DNA of 64,000 nt from NCBI GenBank assembly GCA_009914755.4, contig CP086569.2:20160001-20224000 (forward strand), given 5' to 3'. A program made the position numbers and the translations under genes. Below the pieces are notes generated by a model. The model was not told the origin of the DNA. It did not search any database and saw nothing but the letters and a program-made list of their open reading frames with translations. Positions 16,211-30,169 of this stretch are shown here, in pieces. Every line of letters starts with the position of its first letter. Within the stretch, counting starts at the first letter, position 1. Source of the DNA: the human T2T-CHM13v2.0 reference genome, Homo sapiens.

Positions 16211-19170
16211 GGCATGCCATTTGCCTCCATTACCTAAGAGGAATTGGAGGAGGGTTGCTCAGGGATTAGCACAGATTAGGCAGCTTTTTAAACTCGGAAA
16301 ATAAAATTTAATTTAATTCTATTTAATGTCTCAGATTTGCTCTTGACTTTATCTTGTTAATGACTATGTCTGAATTGAAAGCCAGCCAGAGCAAAGAGCT
16401 CCTGCAGCTTAAGGTCATCAGGGTTGGGGACTCTCTCCCAGGGACCCCTTTGCTTTCAAGGCAGTTTTGTTTTTTCATGGCTGAGTTTTTGGCAGAGTGG
16501 ACAAATCGTGAGAGGCTTTTTCCCATTTATATCATTGGTGGCAGTTCGCCTTACAGTGTCCTGGCCTTCTGTACTGGTTACAGTTACAAGAAAAGTGTCC
16601 TTAGGACAAACTGGAAGGGTTTTAACCTTTTAAAGCAGCAAAAATCATCCTAGTTCTTGTTTTTGCATTTTTTTTTTTCTTCTTAGCACTGTCTTCTTAT
16701 TCTGCTGTCAGTTAAAAGACTAACAAGGCTAATATAAGAATTTATTTCATAGGGACCATCATGTATTGCACTAAAAAGTTAAATTATTTTTGGAGTCTGA
16801 GGGTTAAATTTATTCCAGTGTTTTAAAATGTAGCCCAGGCATGAAGCTAAAAAAATGGAGGGGCTTTGTCTCACAATAGGAACAGAAAGAATATCCACTG
16901 GAGACACAAATCACAATTTATCTTGGGCTTGCAGCCATTGAAAAGGGGTTTCATTTACAACTGTTGAGGGATTTTGAGATTCACTTTCCAAAGGGTCATC
17001 CACTTATTGGCAAAAAAAATTTCGGTGCTAGGGCTTCATGCTGGTACGAACACTTGGTGAGTGTCCCCAAATAAGTGCAGGTACCCATTACTGGGTGGAA
17101 AGCCCTTGTATGTGTTACACTGGGTGCTCAATCTGTAATAATAAGTAGTCATGCAAACATGACAGGCCAGGAGAGGACCCCCTCACAACTGGCAATGTTA
17201 AGTAACCGTTAGGTAATACTCAGGTGTTTTTAAACTGTCTCCCTAATGTAATAATTGGTCACAGCCAATTGCAGGGAAAGGCAGTCTCCCAATAAACAAA
17301 AACACATGAAACTGGTAATCAGCAGCTTATTAATACAATTTTAGGGTTTGGGTAAGTGGGCTTAAGCATGCACATGAAGAAGCAAAATGATAGAATTTAA
17401 CTACGTATATGACCTTCTAGGGACATTTGCCTGGTAACAAAAGAATACCTTAAGGGAGTGTGTATACGACTTGAATAAATATACTGATGGGGTCATCTTG
17501 CAAGTGCTGGCAGACCTCTGTACCTGTGGATAGCCCACCCCAAGTGAAGAGTAAGAGGGAAAGGAACACAACTCCAAAAGTATGCCAAAGTATATTAAAT
17601 CAAAGATCAAATTATGCACTTAATCTCTTAACTCACCCACTTGGGCCTCTTCCAACTGTACTGTCCTTCCTTTCTCTTCTGGTGTAAATTCTTAATAAAA
17701 TTTCACTTCTGCTTGAAAACTTGCCTTACTCTTTCATTCTTCAGTAAACCTCTCAGTCAAATTATTTTTTTTCTGAGGAGGAAAGAATTCAGGTTACTTC
17801 AGACCCATACTAATTAACTGCCTGTAACATATTTTGATGTTATGTTACTCAAATCCATTTTCTAGTGTTAAGAAAACTGCAGTCTTTTTTTCTTTGGTAG
17901 ATGTATTCAACCCCTGTATATGGTTTTCTTCTCTCTTTCTCTCTCCTGGTTAATAACATATCCCTAGAATAATTCCCAGTGCCTCTGCTTCCACTGGCTG
18001 ATCTCTCAGGTCAGCCTGATGAGTGACTCTTGGTGGGGATGGAAATGAACCACTAATGGCCCTCCTGGACAGGAGGCTCATGAGAGTGGGAGGGTTAAAC
18101 CCTAAAACTGTGCAATGTCTGTGGTTTACCCTGATTTTTCAACTAACCATGGCTTTTCCCCAATAACGCACACTGCTTTTTCTTCTGTTTTCTCTATATG
18201 TGTTCTGAAATGGCCTTGCACACACCCATACTATCAACCTTAAGAGACAAACCTACCTCTTTGCTTTCACATTGCATGCCATGTGAATTTTTAAGCACAT
18301 ACTGCCTGTTATTTTTGCACCCCTAGCTCTCACTTTATTAGTGTGGCAGCAAAGACATGGACTCCCTTGCAGATATCCCCTGAGATTTATACTTGTTCTT
18401 ACCCGATCAGCTTAGATGACTTCCAGCCCTTCCTCTGTCTGCTGGCACATGGTTAGGACAGACACTAGATGGAACTCTGGCTTTGCCAGAACCCGTATAA
18501 TACCATATGCTTTTTATTTCTGTTACACCACAGTAGTAAATTTTCTAGTGGCTTTAGAGGCAATTTGTCCACAGCATGTGGCCTCACTCTGGTTCTTTAT
18601 GGAATCCACCTACTTGCCTTTCTTGTTAGTACCCCTTTAAGTGGAGAAAAATTTCTCCCTTTGACATTTTGGAGTTTTTACCTCAAACCCAAGTCCTCTG
18701 AAGATTATTACTTTATGTCAAGAGAGCATATAAATCATTGCCCTTTGGGATCCAAGGGCTGCTGGTTTGGCAAGCGTATGAAGGCTTTCCCAAAGTATTC
18801 CTCCCACTTTCTCCATAGCCCCCATTTTTTTGTTCACTTCCATACCCTTCTCAATATGCATCAAGACCTTTAGGGTCATATTCAAAGAAAGCAAAGTCCA
18901 GCCCTGCAGTGGCAGTTAGCTTAAAAACAGGCTTCTTGACTACTTATATGACATGAGAAATCAAATCTGAAAAAAAATAGATAATCGTTTTGTTGCTAGA
19001 ATGCCCTGAGTGAGAATGAGTAAATGGTCATGGAGACAAGGGATTTTTCTAATGTCTCATGAGAATTTCCATATATAGTTAAGAATGGATAAATGTAATA
19101 AACTTAAGTAAAACTTTGGAGATAAGTATATAATAATAATGTTTAATAGTATGCTTATTAGAAATGTTTT

Positions 19171-21685
19171 TGTATTAGTCTATTTTCAAACTACTGATAA
19201 AGACATACTCAACTTTGCATAATTTATAAAGTAATAGGATTAATGAACTCATAGTTCCACAGAGGTGGTAAGGCCTCACGATCATGGTGGAAGGTGAAAG
19301 GTACGTCCTATATGATGGTAGGAACTCCCTTTCATAAAAAATCAGATCTCATGATACTTAATTTACTATCATGAGGACAGCAAGGGAAAGACCTGCCCCC
19401 ATGATTCAATTACCTTTCACTGGGTCCCTCCCATGACAATGTGGAAATTATAGGATCTATAATTCCAGATTTGGATGGGGATACAGACCATATCATTTTG
19501 CCCCAGGCCCCTCCCAAATCTCATGTCTTCACATTTTAAAACTAACCATGCCTTCCCAACAGTATCCACCGTCTTAACTCATTTCAGCATTAACTCAAGA
19601 GTCCAAATTTCAAAGTTTCGTCTGAGACAAGGTAAGTCACTTCCACTATGAGCCTGTAAAATCAAAAAAGCAACTTAATTACTTCCTAGATAGGATGGAG
19701 ATATAAGCATTGGGTAAATATACCTCTTCCAAATGAAAAAAAAAAAAAAGGCTAAAATAAAGACACTACAGAACCCACACAAGTCCAAAATCCAGCAGGG
19801 CAGCCAAATCTTTTTTTTTTTTTTTGAGATGGAGTCTCACTCTTTCGCCCAGGCCAGAGTGCAGTGGCGCAATCTCGGCTCACTGCAACTCCGCCCCCCA
19901 GGTTCACGCCATTCTCCTGTCTCAGCCTCCCAAGTAACTGGGACTACAGGCGGCCGCCACGACGCCTGGCTAATTTTTTGTATTTTTAATAGAAACGGGG
20001 TTTCACCGTGTTAACCAGGATGGTCTCAGTCTCCTGTCCTTGTGATCCGCCTGCCTCGGCCTCCCTAAGTGCTGGGATTACAGGCATGAGCCACTGCGCC
20101 CGGCCACAGCCAAATCTTAAAGCTCTCAACTAGTCTCCTTGGATTTCATGTCTCACAACCAGGACATGCTGATGCAAGAGGTGGGTTCCATGGTTATAGA
20201 CACCTTCAGCACTGTGGTTTTGCAGGATATAGCCTCTCTTTTAGCTTCTTTATGGGCTAGTATTGAGTGTCTGCAAGCTTTGTGGACCTACCATTCTCAG
20301 TTCTAGAGAACAATGAATTTCTTCTCAGAACTCCAGTAGGCAGTGCCTCAGTGAGGATGCTGTGCGGAGGCTTCAACGCCACATTTTCCTTTTATACTGC
20401 CCTAGCAGAAATTTCCCATTAGGGCCCTGCCCCTGTAGCAAACTCCTGCCTGGACTTCCACCTGTTTAGATAAATCTTCTGAAATGTAGATAGAGGTTTC
20501 TAAACCTCAATTTATGACTTCCATGAGCCCACAGGCTCAACACTACATGGAAGATGCCAACTCTTCTTGGAGCTTGCACTCTCTGAAACCATGGTCTCAA
20601 ACTGTACCTTGGCTCCTTGTAGCCATGGCTAGAGCAGCTGGAATGCAGAAAAAGAAGTCCCTAGGCTGCACACAGCAAAGGTCCCTGGACCTAGACCACA
20701 AAACCATTTTTATCTTCTAGGCCTCTGTGTCTGTTATGGGAAAAACTGTCATGAAGCTCTCTGACATTGCCTGAAGACATTTTTCCCATTGTGACTAACA
20801 GATTTTCTAATTTGTGACTAACACAGGGCTCCTTACTACTTATGCAAATTTCTGCTGCAGGCATGAATTTCTCCCCCAAAATGGCTTTTCTTTTTCCATT
20901 GCATTATCAGCCTGCAAATTTTCCACACGTTCATACTTTTGTTTCTCTTGAACTCTTTGCTGCTTAGAAATTTCTTCCACCCAATACCCGAAATCATCTC
21001 TCTCATGTTCAAAGTCTCACAGATGTCCAGGGAAGAGACAAAATGCCTTCAGTAGCAAAACTGACCTTTACTTCAGTTTCCAAAAAGCTTCTCATTTTTA
21101 TCTGAGACCATCTCAACCTGGCTTTACTGTTCATATCACTATCAGTATGTTGGTCAAAGCCATTCAACAAATCTCTAGGCAAAGTTCCAAACTTTTTCAT
21201 GTTTTTCTATTTTCTTCTGAGGCTTACAAACTGTTCCAGCCTCTGCTGGTTACTGGATTCTAAAGCTGCTTCCACATTTTCAGGTATCATTAGAGGCGCA
21301 ACCTACTACCTAATACCAATTTACTGTATTAGTCCATATTTATGCTGCTGATAAATACATACCCAAGACTGGGTGATTTATAAAGAGAAAGAGGTTTAAT
21401 TGACTCACAATTCCACACTGCTGGGGAGGCTTTATAATTATGGCAGTAGGTGAAAGGCACATCTTGTATGGTAGTAGGCAAAAAAGAAATCATGTGTGAG
21501 GAACCTCTTCTTTTTAAAACTAACAGAATCCAAAAGACTTATTCACTATCACTTATAACAGCAGCACAGAAAAGACCTGCCCACATGATTCTTCAACTAC
21601 CTCCCCCCATGTCTTTCCCCTGACAAGTGGGAATTAAGGGAGCTACAATTCAAAATTTGGGTGGGGACAGAGCCAGACTGTATCA
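19171..21685 (-). mobile_element. Full-length MaLR (THE1/MST-type) element with both LTRs (19171-19495 and 21325-21685) and internal region, interrupted by an Alu
   Basis: The left LTR starts 'tgtattagtctattttcaaactactgataaagacatactcaactttgcataatttataaagtaa...' and ends '...ggatacagaccatatca'. The right LTR starts 'tgtattagtccatatttatgctgctgataaatacatacccaagactgggtgatttataaagagaaagaggtttaattgactcacaattccaca' and ends '...gggtggggacagagccagactgtatca'. The internal region is collinear with 11936-13440. Confidence 0.85.
19811..20105 (-). mobile_element. AluY-like element (minus orientation) inserted into the MaLR internal region, flanked by a perfect 10-bp TSD 'cagccaaatc' (19801-19810 and 20107-20116)
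   Basis: Poly(T) head, then 'gagatggagtctcactctttcgcccaggc.agagtgcagtggcgcaatctcggctcactgcaac...gggattacaggcatgagccactgcgcccggcc'. The identical 10-mer immediately flanks both ends. Confidence 0.93.
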
Positions 21686-22299
21686 GCTTCCATATGCTTA
21701 GAATTTTGTAAAGCCAAATTAAATAATAAATATTTATTAGTTATGTGCATCAATTCTAAATATGATATAATAACTGACATTAATTACTAATTATAAGTTG
21801 AATCTTATGTAATATTGACATCTGATTTCAGATAAAAGATATCTAGATGTTAGTAAACATGTTCTTTTTCAATCTGAAAAACTGTTAATTAAAACTACAT
21901 GTTAAAAAATTATAAAATGTGTACTCCTAAATTCTTGTTATGTGAATGAGTAAAAATTGTTTGCTTCTTAGGTTTTTACTATAAATTATTGTTACTAGAA
22001 TTTAACATTTTTTCTAACATACAGTAACTAAAACTAGAAATAAGATAAATTATGCTATGCATGGCACATATAAAGAAAATAAGATGGACTTTTTAGTAAA
22101 AAAAATCTAATAAGAGATACAGGATGCAATATAAAAATAATTTTGCCTAATTTAGAGGTTGTTTATTAAATTGAAGAAATTTAACAAATGAGATAGATGA
22201 ATAGAATACATATATAAAATTGAAGAAAAATTAATTTGAAAATTGTAAGAAGTTGTAAAAGGTTTATAGATCTCACCATGGTGGCTTAAATTTTTAATT

Positions 22300-22575
22300 C
22301 GAGTATTTTGGGGATCTGAATTGGAAAGATCATTTGAGCTCAGGAGTTCAAGGTCAGCCTGGGTGACATAGAAAACCCTGTTTTATTCAAAGCAATCAAA
22401 GTATTAGCTCTGCATGCTGGCATATGCCTTATGTCCCACCTACTGAGGAAACTGAGGGAGGAAAATTGCTTGGACCTGAGAGGTTGAGGCTTCAGTGACC
22501 CATGACCATGCCTCTACCCTCCAGTCTTAGTGACAGAGTGAGACCTGTCTGAACAAAACAAACTAATGAATAAAT
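22300..22575 (+). mobile_element. Diverged Alu-like / FLAM-type element
   Basis: '...gagctcaggagttcaaggtcagcctgggtgacatagaaaaccctgtttt...' and '...tgtcccacctactgaggaaactgagggaggaaaattgcttggacctgagaggttgaggcttcagtgacccatgaccatgcctctaccctccagtcttagtgacagagtgagacctgtct'. Confidence 0.55.
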
Positions 22576-22696
22576 AAAAGTTTTATAAAAATTGTACCTG
22601 TGGAACTGATTGAGATTACACAACCTCTTTATTAAAATTAGCTTTGATTTAATAATGCAATAAAACAGAAAATTTAATATTCTTTTTTAAACAAGA

Positions 22697-22990
22697 TTTT
22701 TGGCCAGGTTCAGTGGCTCACGCCTATAATCCCAGCACTTTGGGAGGCTGAGGTGGGCAGATCGTGAGGTCAGGAGTTTGAGACCAGCCTGGCCAACATG
22801 GTGAAACCCTGTCTCTACTAAAAATACAAAAATTCACTGGACAACATGGTGGGCACCTGTAATCCCAGCTACTTAGGAAGCTGAGGCAGGAGAATAGCTT
22901 GAACCTGGGACACAGAAGTTGTAGTGAGCCAGGATCATTCCATTGCACTCCAGTATGGGTGACAGAGCAAGATTCCAACTCAAAACAAAA
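22697..22990 (+). mobile_element. Alu (AluS-like), plus orientation, with (CAAAA)n tail
   Basis: 'ggccaggttcagtggctcacgcctataatcccagcactttgggaggctgaggtgggcagatcgtgaggtcaggagtttgagaccagcctggccaacatggtgaaaccctgtctctactaaaaatacaaaaatt...gcactccagtatgggtgacagagcaagattccaactcaaaacaaaacaaaacaaaacaaaaaa'. Confidence 0.9.
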
Positions 22991-22994
22991 CAAA

Positions 22995-23172
22995 ACAAAA
23001 CAAAAAATACAAAAATTAGCTGGACATGGTGGCACACATGTAATCTCAGCTACTCGAAAGCTAAGACAGGAAAATCACTTGAACCTGGGAGGCAGAGGTT
23101 CTAGTGAGCCACAATAGTGCCACTGCACTCTAGCCTGGGTGGCAGAACAAGACTCCATCTTAGAAAAAAAAA
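22995..23172 (+). mobile_element. Partial Alu (right arm only), plus orientation, directly abutting the preceding Alu tail
   Basis: 'aaaaattagctggacatggtggcacacatgtaatctcagctactcgaaagctaagacaggaaaatcacttgaacctgggaggcagaggttctagtgagccacaatagtgccactgcactctagcctgggtggcagaacaagactccatcttagaaaaaaaaaag'. Confidence 0.8.
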
Positions 23173-23399
23173 AGATTTATATAAAGTATTCATAAGCAAT
23201 AATAAAGGACTTTGATTCATCTTTTGAGTGAAATGTGGAAAATAAAAATGACCAAATATCTTTGTTAATTGAATTTTTAATCATGACCATTTTAAATCTT
23301 GATCAATTTTTTGTGGGGTACATCTTTCTGAGCTTCTGAGCTTCACAGAGACAAACACATTTTACTGGGCAAATAGTTTATTCTAGTTTTACATATGGG

Positions 23400-23404
<5 letters not shown>

Positions 23405-23433
<29 letters not shown>
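23405..23433. repeat. Poly(A) homopolymer (~29 nt)
   Basis: Uninterrupted A run read directly from the sequence. Confidence 0.9.
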
Positions 23434-26400
23434 CACTTTCATCCTGCGTACCTCTCTCTGTTTTCTAGATTGGCAAAATGCACAAATGGATTAATTTAAA
23501 AAATTGAAAATTTGCAGAAATTTTAAGCTTCCTGGCCTAAGGCTCTTTTATTGGTATTATACAACCTATGTTGTGTCTAATTTGGAAAATACTAGGTTTC
23601 CCCCTTTAGAATAATAATAGCAAGTTCTATGCACCTGGATAAAGTAGCCTACAAAGCAGCTCTCCTTAAAGGTAATTTTTTTTTTGCAAGACCTTATAAA
23701 GTGCCTTACTATAAATTTTAAATTGATTCAAGATTTTTTAAAAGCAATATTCCAGGAAAATAAACATAAAAAATAATAGCCTTTACCTGAAAATTCTGTT
23801 TATTGCAAATACCATCAAATAAAAAATCCTCTCTACTTCTGCTGGAGGAATCCAGATAAGCTGTTTGTGGCCAATCCTCATGCTGTTAAATTGAAGAGCC
23901 GTGTCTTTTAGGTTATTTCTCTAACTCTCTGTCTATACACAGCTCTGAAGTAACCCAACACTGGAATAGTTCTTTCAAAATTTTCCCTAGGCTTAACCAC
24001 CGACAATTTCAGATAGAAATTCTCCTCGAAGAAAACTTCCTAATTATCTCTCTGGTCATCAAGTTAGTTAGTTTCTTCCACATTATTGGGAGAATGCTTT
24101 TATTTTTAAGTGATGTAACTTTCCATGATTGGAAATAATTTAATAGCCTTAGGAAAAATTGCTGATAAAGCTGAGATCTACATTACAGTTTACAAAAAAA
24201 GTTATGGTTCACTGCCTGAGATAGCAGTAGACAATGACATTGCTTTATATTATGTGTTAGCTAAGCACAGAGGTGTATGTATGGTGACAAAAACTTCTTG
24301 TGTATACGTTAATACTTCTCATTATGTAAAAATTTATCCAGGAAAAATGAGAGAAGAAGCCACTTAGCTACCACAATTCTCTGAATATAAACCTGTCTTT
24401 AATCATGTTTGTAATGTTCTTAATTACCTTCTTAATGGATTAGGTTTTGGGTCTTATTGTTGTTCTGGTATAGAAATTACTTCTTCATAGTCTGAATGTG
24501 CATTGCATTTCTACTATTAATATTATTGATAATATGTATCTCTCATTGTTATACTTCTTCTGAAAGAAGTAAAATTATACTATTCCAAAGATGAGATAAT
24601 AAAACAAGCAATAGAAACTATGTAAATAAATGACTTGACTGAAGTCTTATTTTTGCCACACTGTTATGACATCCCTATTTAGGTATTCAGGCACTCTTAA
24701 AATTTGTTGCTGAGACATCTCTTTCTTCCCATCTGACATGAGATAAACTTGTCAGAGAATGAGCCTTTTTGGACAGGAGAGATGCCTTGACACTTAGACT
24801 TAATTAATTATTTTTTCAAAAGTAAATTTTTGATCAAAAAAGGGGACACAAGAAAAAATAAACTGTGTTATTTGAAGAGTGCAAAACTTTTCTAAATTAC
24901 AGGTTCAGAGAGGGAAAAGAATAATAAAACTGTGATGTACCATTTTCTATGTAGACCAATGGGTTGAGTAACTATTTTTTGAACTGGCTTGCTATGTTGG
25001 CTCTAGACTGACACAGCTATAATTAATCTAATAAATACACTTGCTGGCTACCATAAGTTATTACCGTAGAGTATAGCAATGTATAGCCAATCACTAATCA
25101 ATGTTATTTCTGTGTAGTAATGAGAAGTCATGACACAAAACTTCTACTGGTTTAACCCTGTTTTTGTTTTTGCCTTTGAAAGCCTGCTTATAACAAAATT
25201 CAAACAGAGCTTACATCCAAGGATACATACGTCTGAAACCTACAGGTACCTACCTTCACCTTATCTAGAGTAAACTCTGTAATATTTCATTTTGTGTCTC
25301 AGTTTTTTTCTTAGATAAACAAATTTGTAAAAAAAAGACAAAAACAATGTCAGTAATAATATTGTAAACAAAAAATTAAAAAAACACAAAAATTTAAACA
25401 ACTCAAGTTCCAAAAAAGTAAAATTGGTGAGTAAATTGTATGACTCTCGGCCTCAAACCTCAGTATGTGTACAACAAACTGAGGCAAACAAACAATAAAA
25501 TACAATTTCAGTGTAATAGTAATAAAGTATTTAAGACAATATAAGTTAATCAAAACTCAAATAGGAAAACCAAGCAAAACTCTTCTTCATGATAGTTAAG
25601 TTGCAAAAAATAATAAAAGTAATTAGGACTGTGGTCAACCCTGGGTACGAAAAGTAGATGAGATCAAAGAAACACTGTAACTGCTCAAGCCCTATTTATT
25701 TACCTGCTGAGTACATGGAAAGTTATATTCTTGTTATTTAAACTAAGAACAAGTTGATTTATGTTGAAATTATCTTTGTTTCCTCAAATTATATTACAAA
25801 TTTACTCTTACTTTCAACCTAGAAAAAATAATTTTACAAAGTTATGAAATCAAATTATTGAATTGTTGAAATAAGCTGTACTTACATAGCAGTAAGATTT
25901 TATAGAGTAAAGAAAATGAAAGCAACTACGGGAAGTAGCTTATTTTATTGGAAGTTCGTAAGAATCCACATACTCAGCAGGTTAAACAGATTCCTAAGCT
26001 TGGTGGAGAAGTTGCTCAGTGTAATTTGCTCCTAAACAGTAAGTAAAAAACCCTGAGAAGCTGACAAATGTAATTCTGAGAGTCCCACACATTTCACTGT
26101 CTATTTCTGACATGATGAAAACACTTTCTTTGTCAGGGTCTTACTTCTCACTAGTGTCCAAATTCACTTGGAATCAGTTTAAGGTTATCACCTGTGATGT
26201 CTTTTATTTTTCTTTTCCTAAAAATATGTCTGACACAAAATGTCTGAAGTTAGCTGTACATCAACTAATTCTTTAACACCAATTGACTGTCCAACAATTC
26301 AATTATGTTACATTCTAGATTAGCACAGAAACACAAGTTCAGGACTCAGTCCTACAAACTGCCCCTAGAATAGTTGCCAGTCACAGGCTCTGGGAGCCCA

Positions 26401-26929
26401 TCATAATTCTGAGCAATTTTCTGTGAATTACAGGATCCCATAACCCATCAAGTCTAATAATTTGATAGAATTACTGACAGTAATAAAATAAATATTTGAT
26501 TTATGTTCACCAGCTTATAACAAGTAATTCAACTCAGAAACAGCCAGGTAACAGACATGTATAAGACAAGAAAAAGTGGTGGAATAAGATGGAAAAATTT
26601 GATAAATACTGGTTAAATAGCTCTGGTTTTTAAAATCTCTTAATTCTCAGTGTTCTGAAAGAGCAACTTACTGCAAAGAAACACCCTTCCATTATAACTT
26701 AAATAATAATCTCTTATTCATCTCTCACAACACTAGACAAAGAAACTGCAAATTCTCATTTATTTATTATAAACCATTAGCTTTTGTTTTCCATAGTCAG
26801 ATCAAAACACTTGTTAACCAAATTTTACTTAAATTTATCTATTTTCTTCAGGCCCATGTACTCCGATCCATGCTCACAAAAACCAGCATTCAACCCTCTC
26901 ATTCAACCTTTTAAGAGCAGGCTGACTTC

Positions 26930-29040
26930 TGGATGAAACAATCTCTAATCTTAAATGTGATCTTGACACCCTCCATTCTTGTTTGCTTCCCATCCCAGAC
27001 TCTGATAAACATGCTTTTATTCTCTATGCCCATCCATTTAATTGTATTGATTTCAAGTTTAATTGCTCTCAAAAAGTATTTACAAAAAATATTTGTTTCT
27101 CTGTGCCTGGTTTATTTTCCTTAACATAATAATCTTCAGTTTTGTTCATGTTGTTGCAAATGACTGAGTCTTATTGTTTTTTATGGCTGACTCTATTGTT
27201 TACATGTACCACATTTTCTTTGTCAGTTCATCTGCTGATGACCACAGGTTGCTCTCAAATTTTAGCTATTATTGCATATCATGCTGCAATAAACACAGAA
27301 GTGCAGACCTCTATTTTATATACTTTTTTTTCTTTTGGATATATACTTAGAAGTGGGATTTCTGGGTCATATGATAGCTTATTTTTAGTTTTAGGAGCAA
27401 TCTTCAAACAGTTCTCCATAGTGGTTGTACAAATTTACATTTTCTCCAACAGTGTACAAAGGTTTCCTTTTCTCCACATCGTAGGCAGCAATTGTTATTG
27501 TTTGTCTTTTGGATGTTTTTAACTGGGGTTAGATAATACCTAATTGTAGTTTTGATTTGCATTCCTCTAACAGTCAATGATGTTGAGCACTTTTTTTATG
27601 CCATTAGCCATTTGCATATCTTTTTGAAAAAGGTATATTCAATTTTTTCTCATTTAATTTTCTGTGGGTTGTTCGAACTTATTATGTATTCTGGTTACTA
27701 ATGTTTTGTGAGGTATACACTTTTTAAATGTCTTTAAAGAGATTAAAAATAAAATGGATAGATTTCAAAGAGATTAAAAATAAAATGAAGAGATTCTTTG
27801 AGAATCTCTTCATTTTATTTATTGTATGGTTTTGTTTGCCAGAGCCTTTTAACTTGATGGTATTCTATGTGTTTATTTTTGGTTTAGTTTGCTGTGCTTG
27901 TGGGATATTCTTCAAAAAAATCTTTGCCCCGGTAAATATTGTACAGCTTTTTTCCAATGCTTTATTATAGTAGTCTTATAGATTTTTATCTTAGATTTAA
28001 TTTTTAACTAATTTTGATTTCTTTTTTGTATGTGGTGAGAGAAGGGATTTAGTTTTATTCTTCTGCATATGGATATCTGGTCATTTGAGCATCATTAATT
28101 GAACAGACTGTCTTTTCTCCAGTGTATGTTTTTGGCATTGTTGTCAAAATGAGCTTACTGTAGGTATGTTGGTTTGTTTCTAGGTTCTCTATTATTTTTC
28201 ATTGGTCTATGTGTCTGTTTTTATTTTAGTACCATGCATTTTGTGTTACTGTAGATCTGTAGTGTAGTTAAAAGTAAAGTAATGTAATTTTTTTGGTTTG
28301 TTCTCTTTGCTTAGGGCAGCTGTAGCAATTCTAGATTATTGGTAGCTACATGTTAATTGTAGGATTGTTTTTTCTACTTATGTAAAGATGTCATTGATAT
28401 TTTGATAGAGCTTGCATTAAGTCTGTAGATTTGGTGATATAGACATATTAACAATATTAATTCCTTCAATCCATGATTAGGGAATATTTTCCAATTTTTT
28501 CTGTCCCCTTAAACTTTCTTTGTTATTGTTTTATAGTTTTTATTATAGAGCTCTTTCATTTTTTATCAGTTAATTTCTAAGTATTTATTTCTATATGTGG
28601 CTATTTTGAATATAATTAGTTTTTTAATTTCTTCTCAACACTGTTTACTGTTGGCATATACAAATGCTACTAATTTTTTTCTGTTGATTTTGTACATCAA
28701 CTTAGTGAATTAATTAATATTTTCATATTTTTCTCACAAAATATTTACAATGTTTCCAAAGTCAAAATTATACGATCTAAAAACAAAGACAATTTTACTT
28801 TTCTCATTCTGATTTGAATGCTCTTGATATTATTCTTTGGTATGAATGATCTATCCAGGACTTCTACTTCTATGTTGAATGACAAATTATGTCAGTGGAC
28901 ATCCTTGCCATATTCCTGATCTTAGAAAAAAAAGCCTTCAGTTTTTTTCATTCAGTATGGTACTAGTTGTTGGTCTGTCATATACAGTTTTTATTATGTT
29001 GATATATGTTCTTTTCATTGCAGTAGGATAATTTAGGAAT
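26930..29040 (-). mobile_element. Older, diverged L1 fragment (ORF2 3' part), minus orientation
   Basis: Reverse-complement L1 ORF2 signatures include 'ttttatggctgactctattgtttacatgtaccacattttctttgtcagttcatctgctgatgaccacaggttg' and 'gcaataaacacagaagtgcagacctc'. Others are 'gtacaaatttacattttctccaacagtgtacaaaggtttccttttctccacatc', 'gtagttttgatttgcattcctctaacagtcaatgatgttgagcac' and 'tatgttgaatgacaaattatgtcagtggacatccttgccatattcctgatcttag...tcattcagtatggtactagttgttggtctgtcatatacagtttttattatgttgatatatgttc'. Divergence from modern L1 suggests an L1M/L1P-type copy. Boundaries are approximate. Confidence 0.6.
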
Positions 29041-29876
29041 CTGAGAGACCGAGGGGTTGAGGAGGATACTTATTATTTATTAGTTAGGTGCACTGGCCCA
29101 GTCAGATTAACATCTAAAGGACTGAGCCCCCAAAAAAGAGTCAAGCTACTTTTTAAGCATTTCATGGGGTTGGGGAAGATCTGCGTAGGGGAAAGCATAT
29201 TACAGAAGAGAGAAACAAAGACAGTTATTCAATTGAGATATGCATTACATCAGTTCTTACTTTTCAAGGAACAACATGTTTTACGACTTGAGATTATCTG
29301 CCTAGTGACTTTGCAGCTGCACAGCTAGAGAAACAGGGTCTTCACAATACCTGGGAAAGGGAGAGATAAGGCTCACTAGCCACAGAAAAACAGGCAGTTA
29401 ATTTTTAAAGGACTTCAGCTCTTCCTCTTCCTCAGGGGGAATTGGGTTTTCTTACATACAACTGAGATTTTGCTTACACATTCTTTAATTTTTTTTAATT
29501 CCTGTTTCATTATTAAGAGATTTTTGAAGATTTTTGGCATAAATAAATGTTGAATTTTATCAAATGTTATATTCACATATGTTTACATGATTTGTACAGT
29601 TCCTATTCTTTATTCTGTTGATATTTGATAAAGACAGCTTCCAGAGAAACTTTTGGCAGAAAATGTGGGCCTCTGGCAAAGCCCCACCCTCAAGTTTCAA
29701 AGCTTAAGACCACAGCTCCAAGTGAGAAATTATGTCCTCTTTTGTTTTGTTTTGTTTTTCCTCAAATTTTACCTTTTTCTAAACCATCCATTGCCCTTCC
29801 CCTCTCAATTCTGGTTCTATGGAGGCTGTGGCTTAATATTAGAGATGAGCAGATAGACTTCAGAGGGACTCCTCTC

Positions 29877-29916
29877 AAAAAACAAACAAACAACAACAAC
29901 AACAACAAAACAACAG
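29877..29916. repeat. (CAA)n/(AAC)n microsatellite
   Basis: 'aaacaaacaaacaacaacaacaacaacaaaacaacagaaa'. Confidence 0.85.
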
Positions 29917-30169
29917 AAACCCTCAGTAAGATTTTCCTTTTAATGAAAGTAGCACACAAACTATTATTTTTCTAAGAAACAGCAGCCTGTAAAATTAAGC
30001 TGCAGACACAAATAAGCAAGTTGGAAGCTTGCAGAAGTGAATGCCAGCAGCTGTGTCAAAAGAAAAAGGTTACTTGGGGTCCAGACATTTTTAACATGGT
30101 GACTCCATATTCAATTTTTTTTTTTTTTCATTTTTGTCAACCATGTGTACAGTAAGAAACAGACCACAG

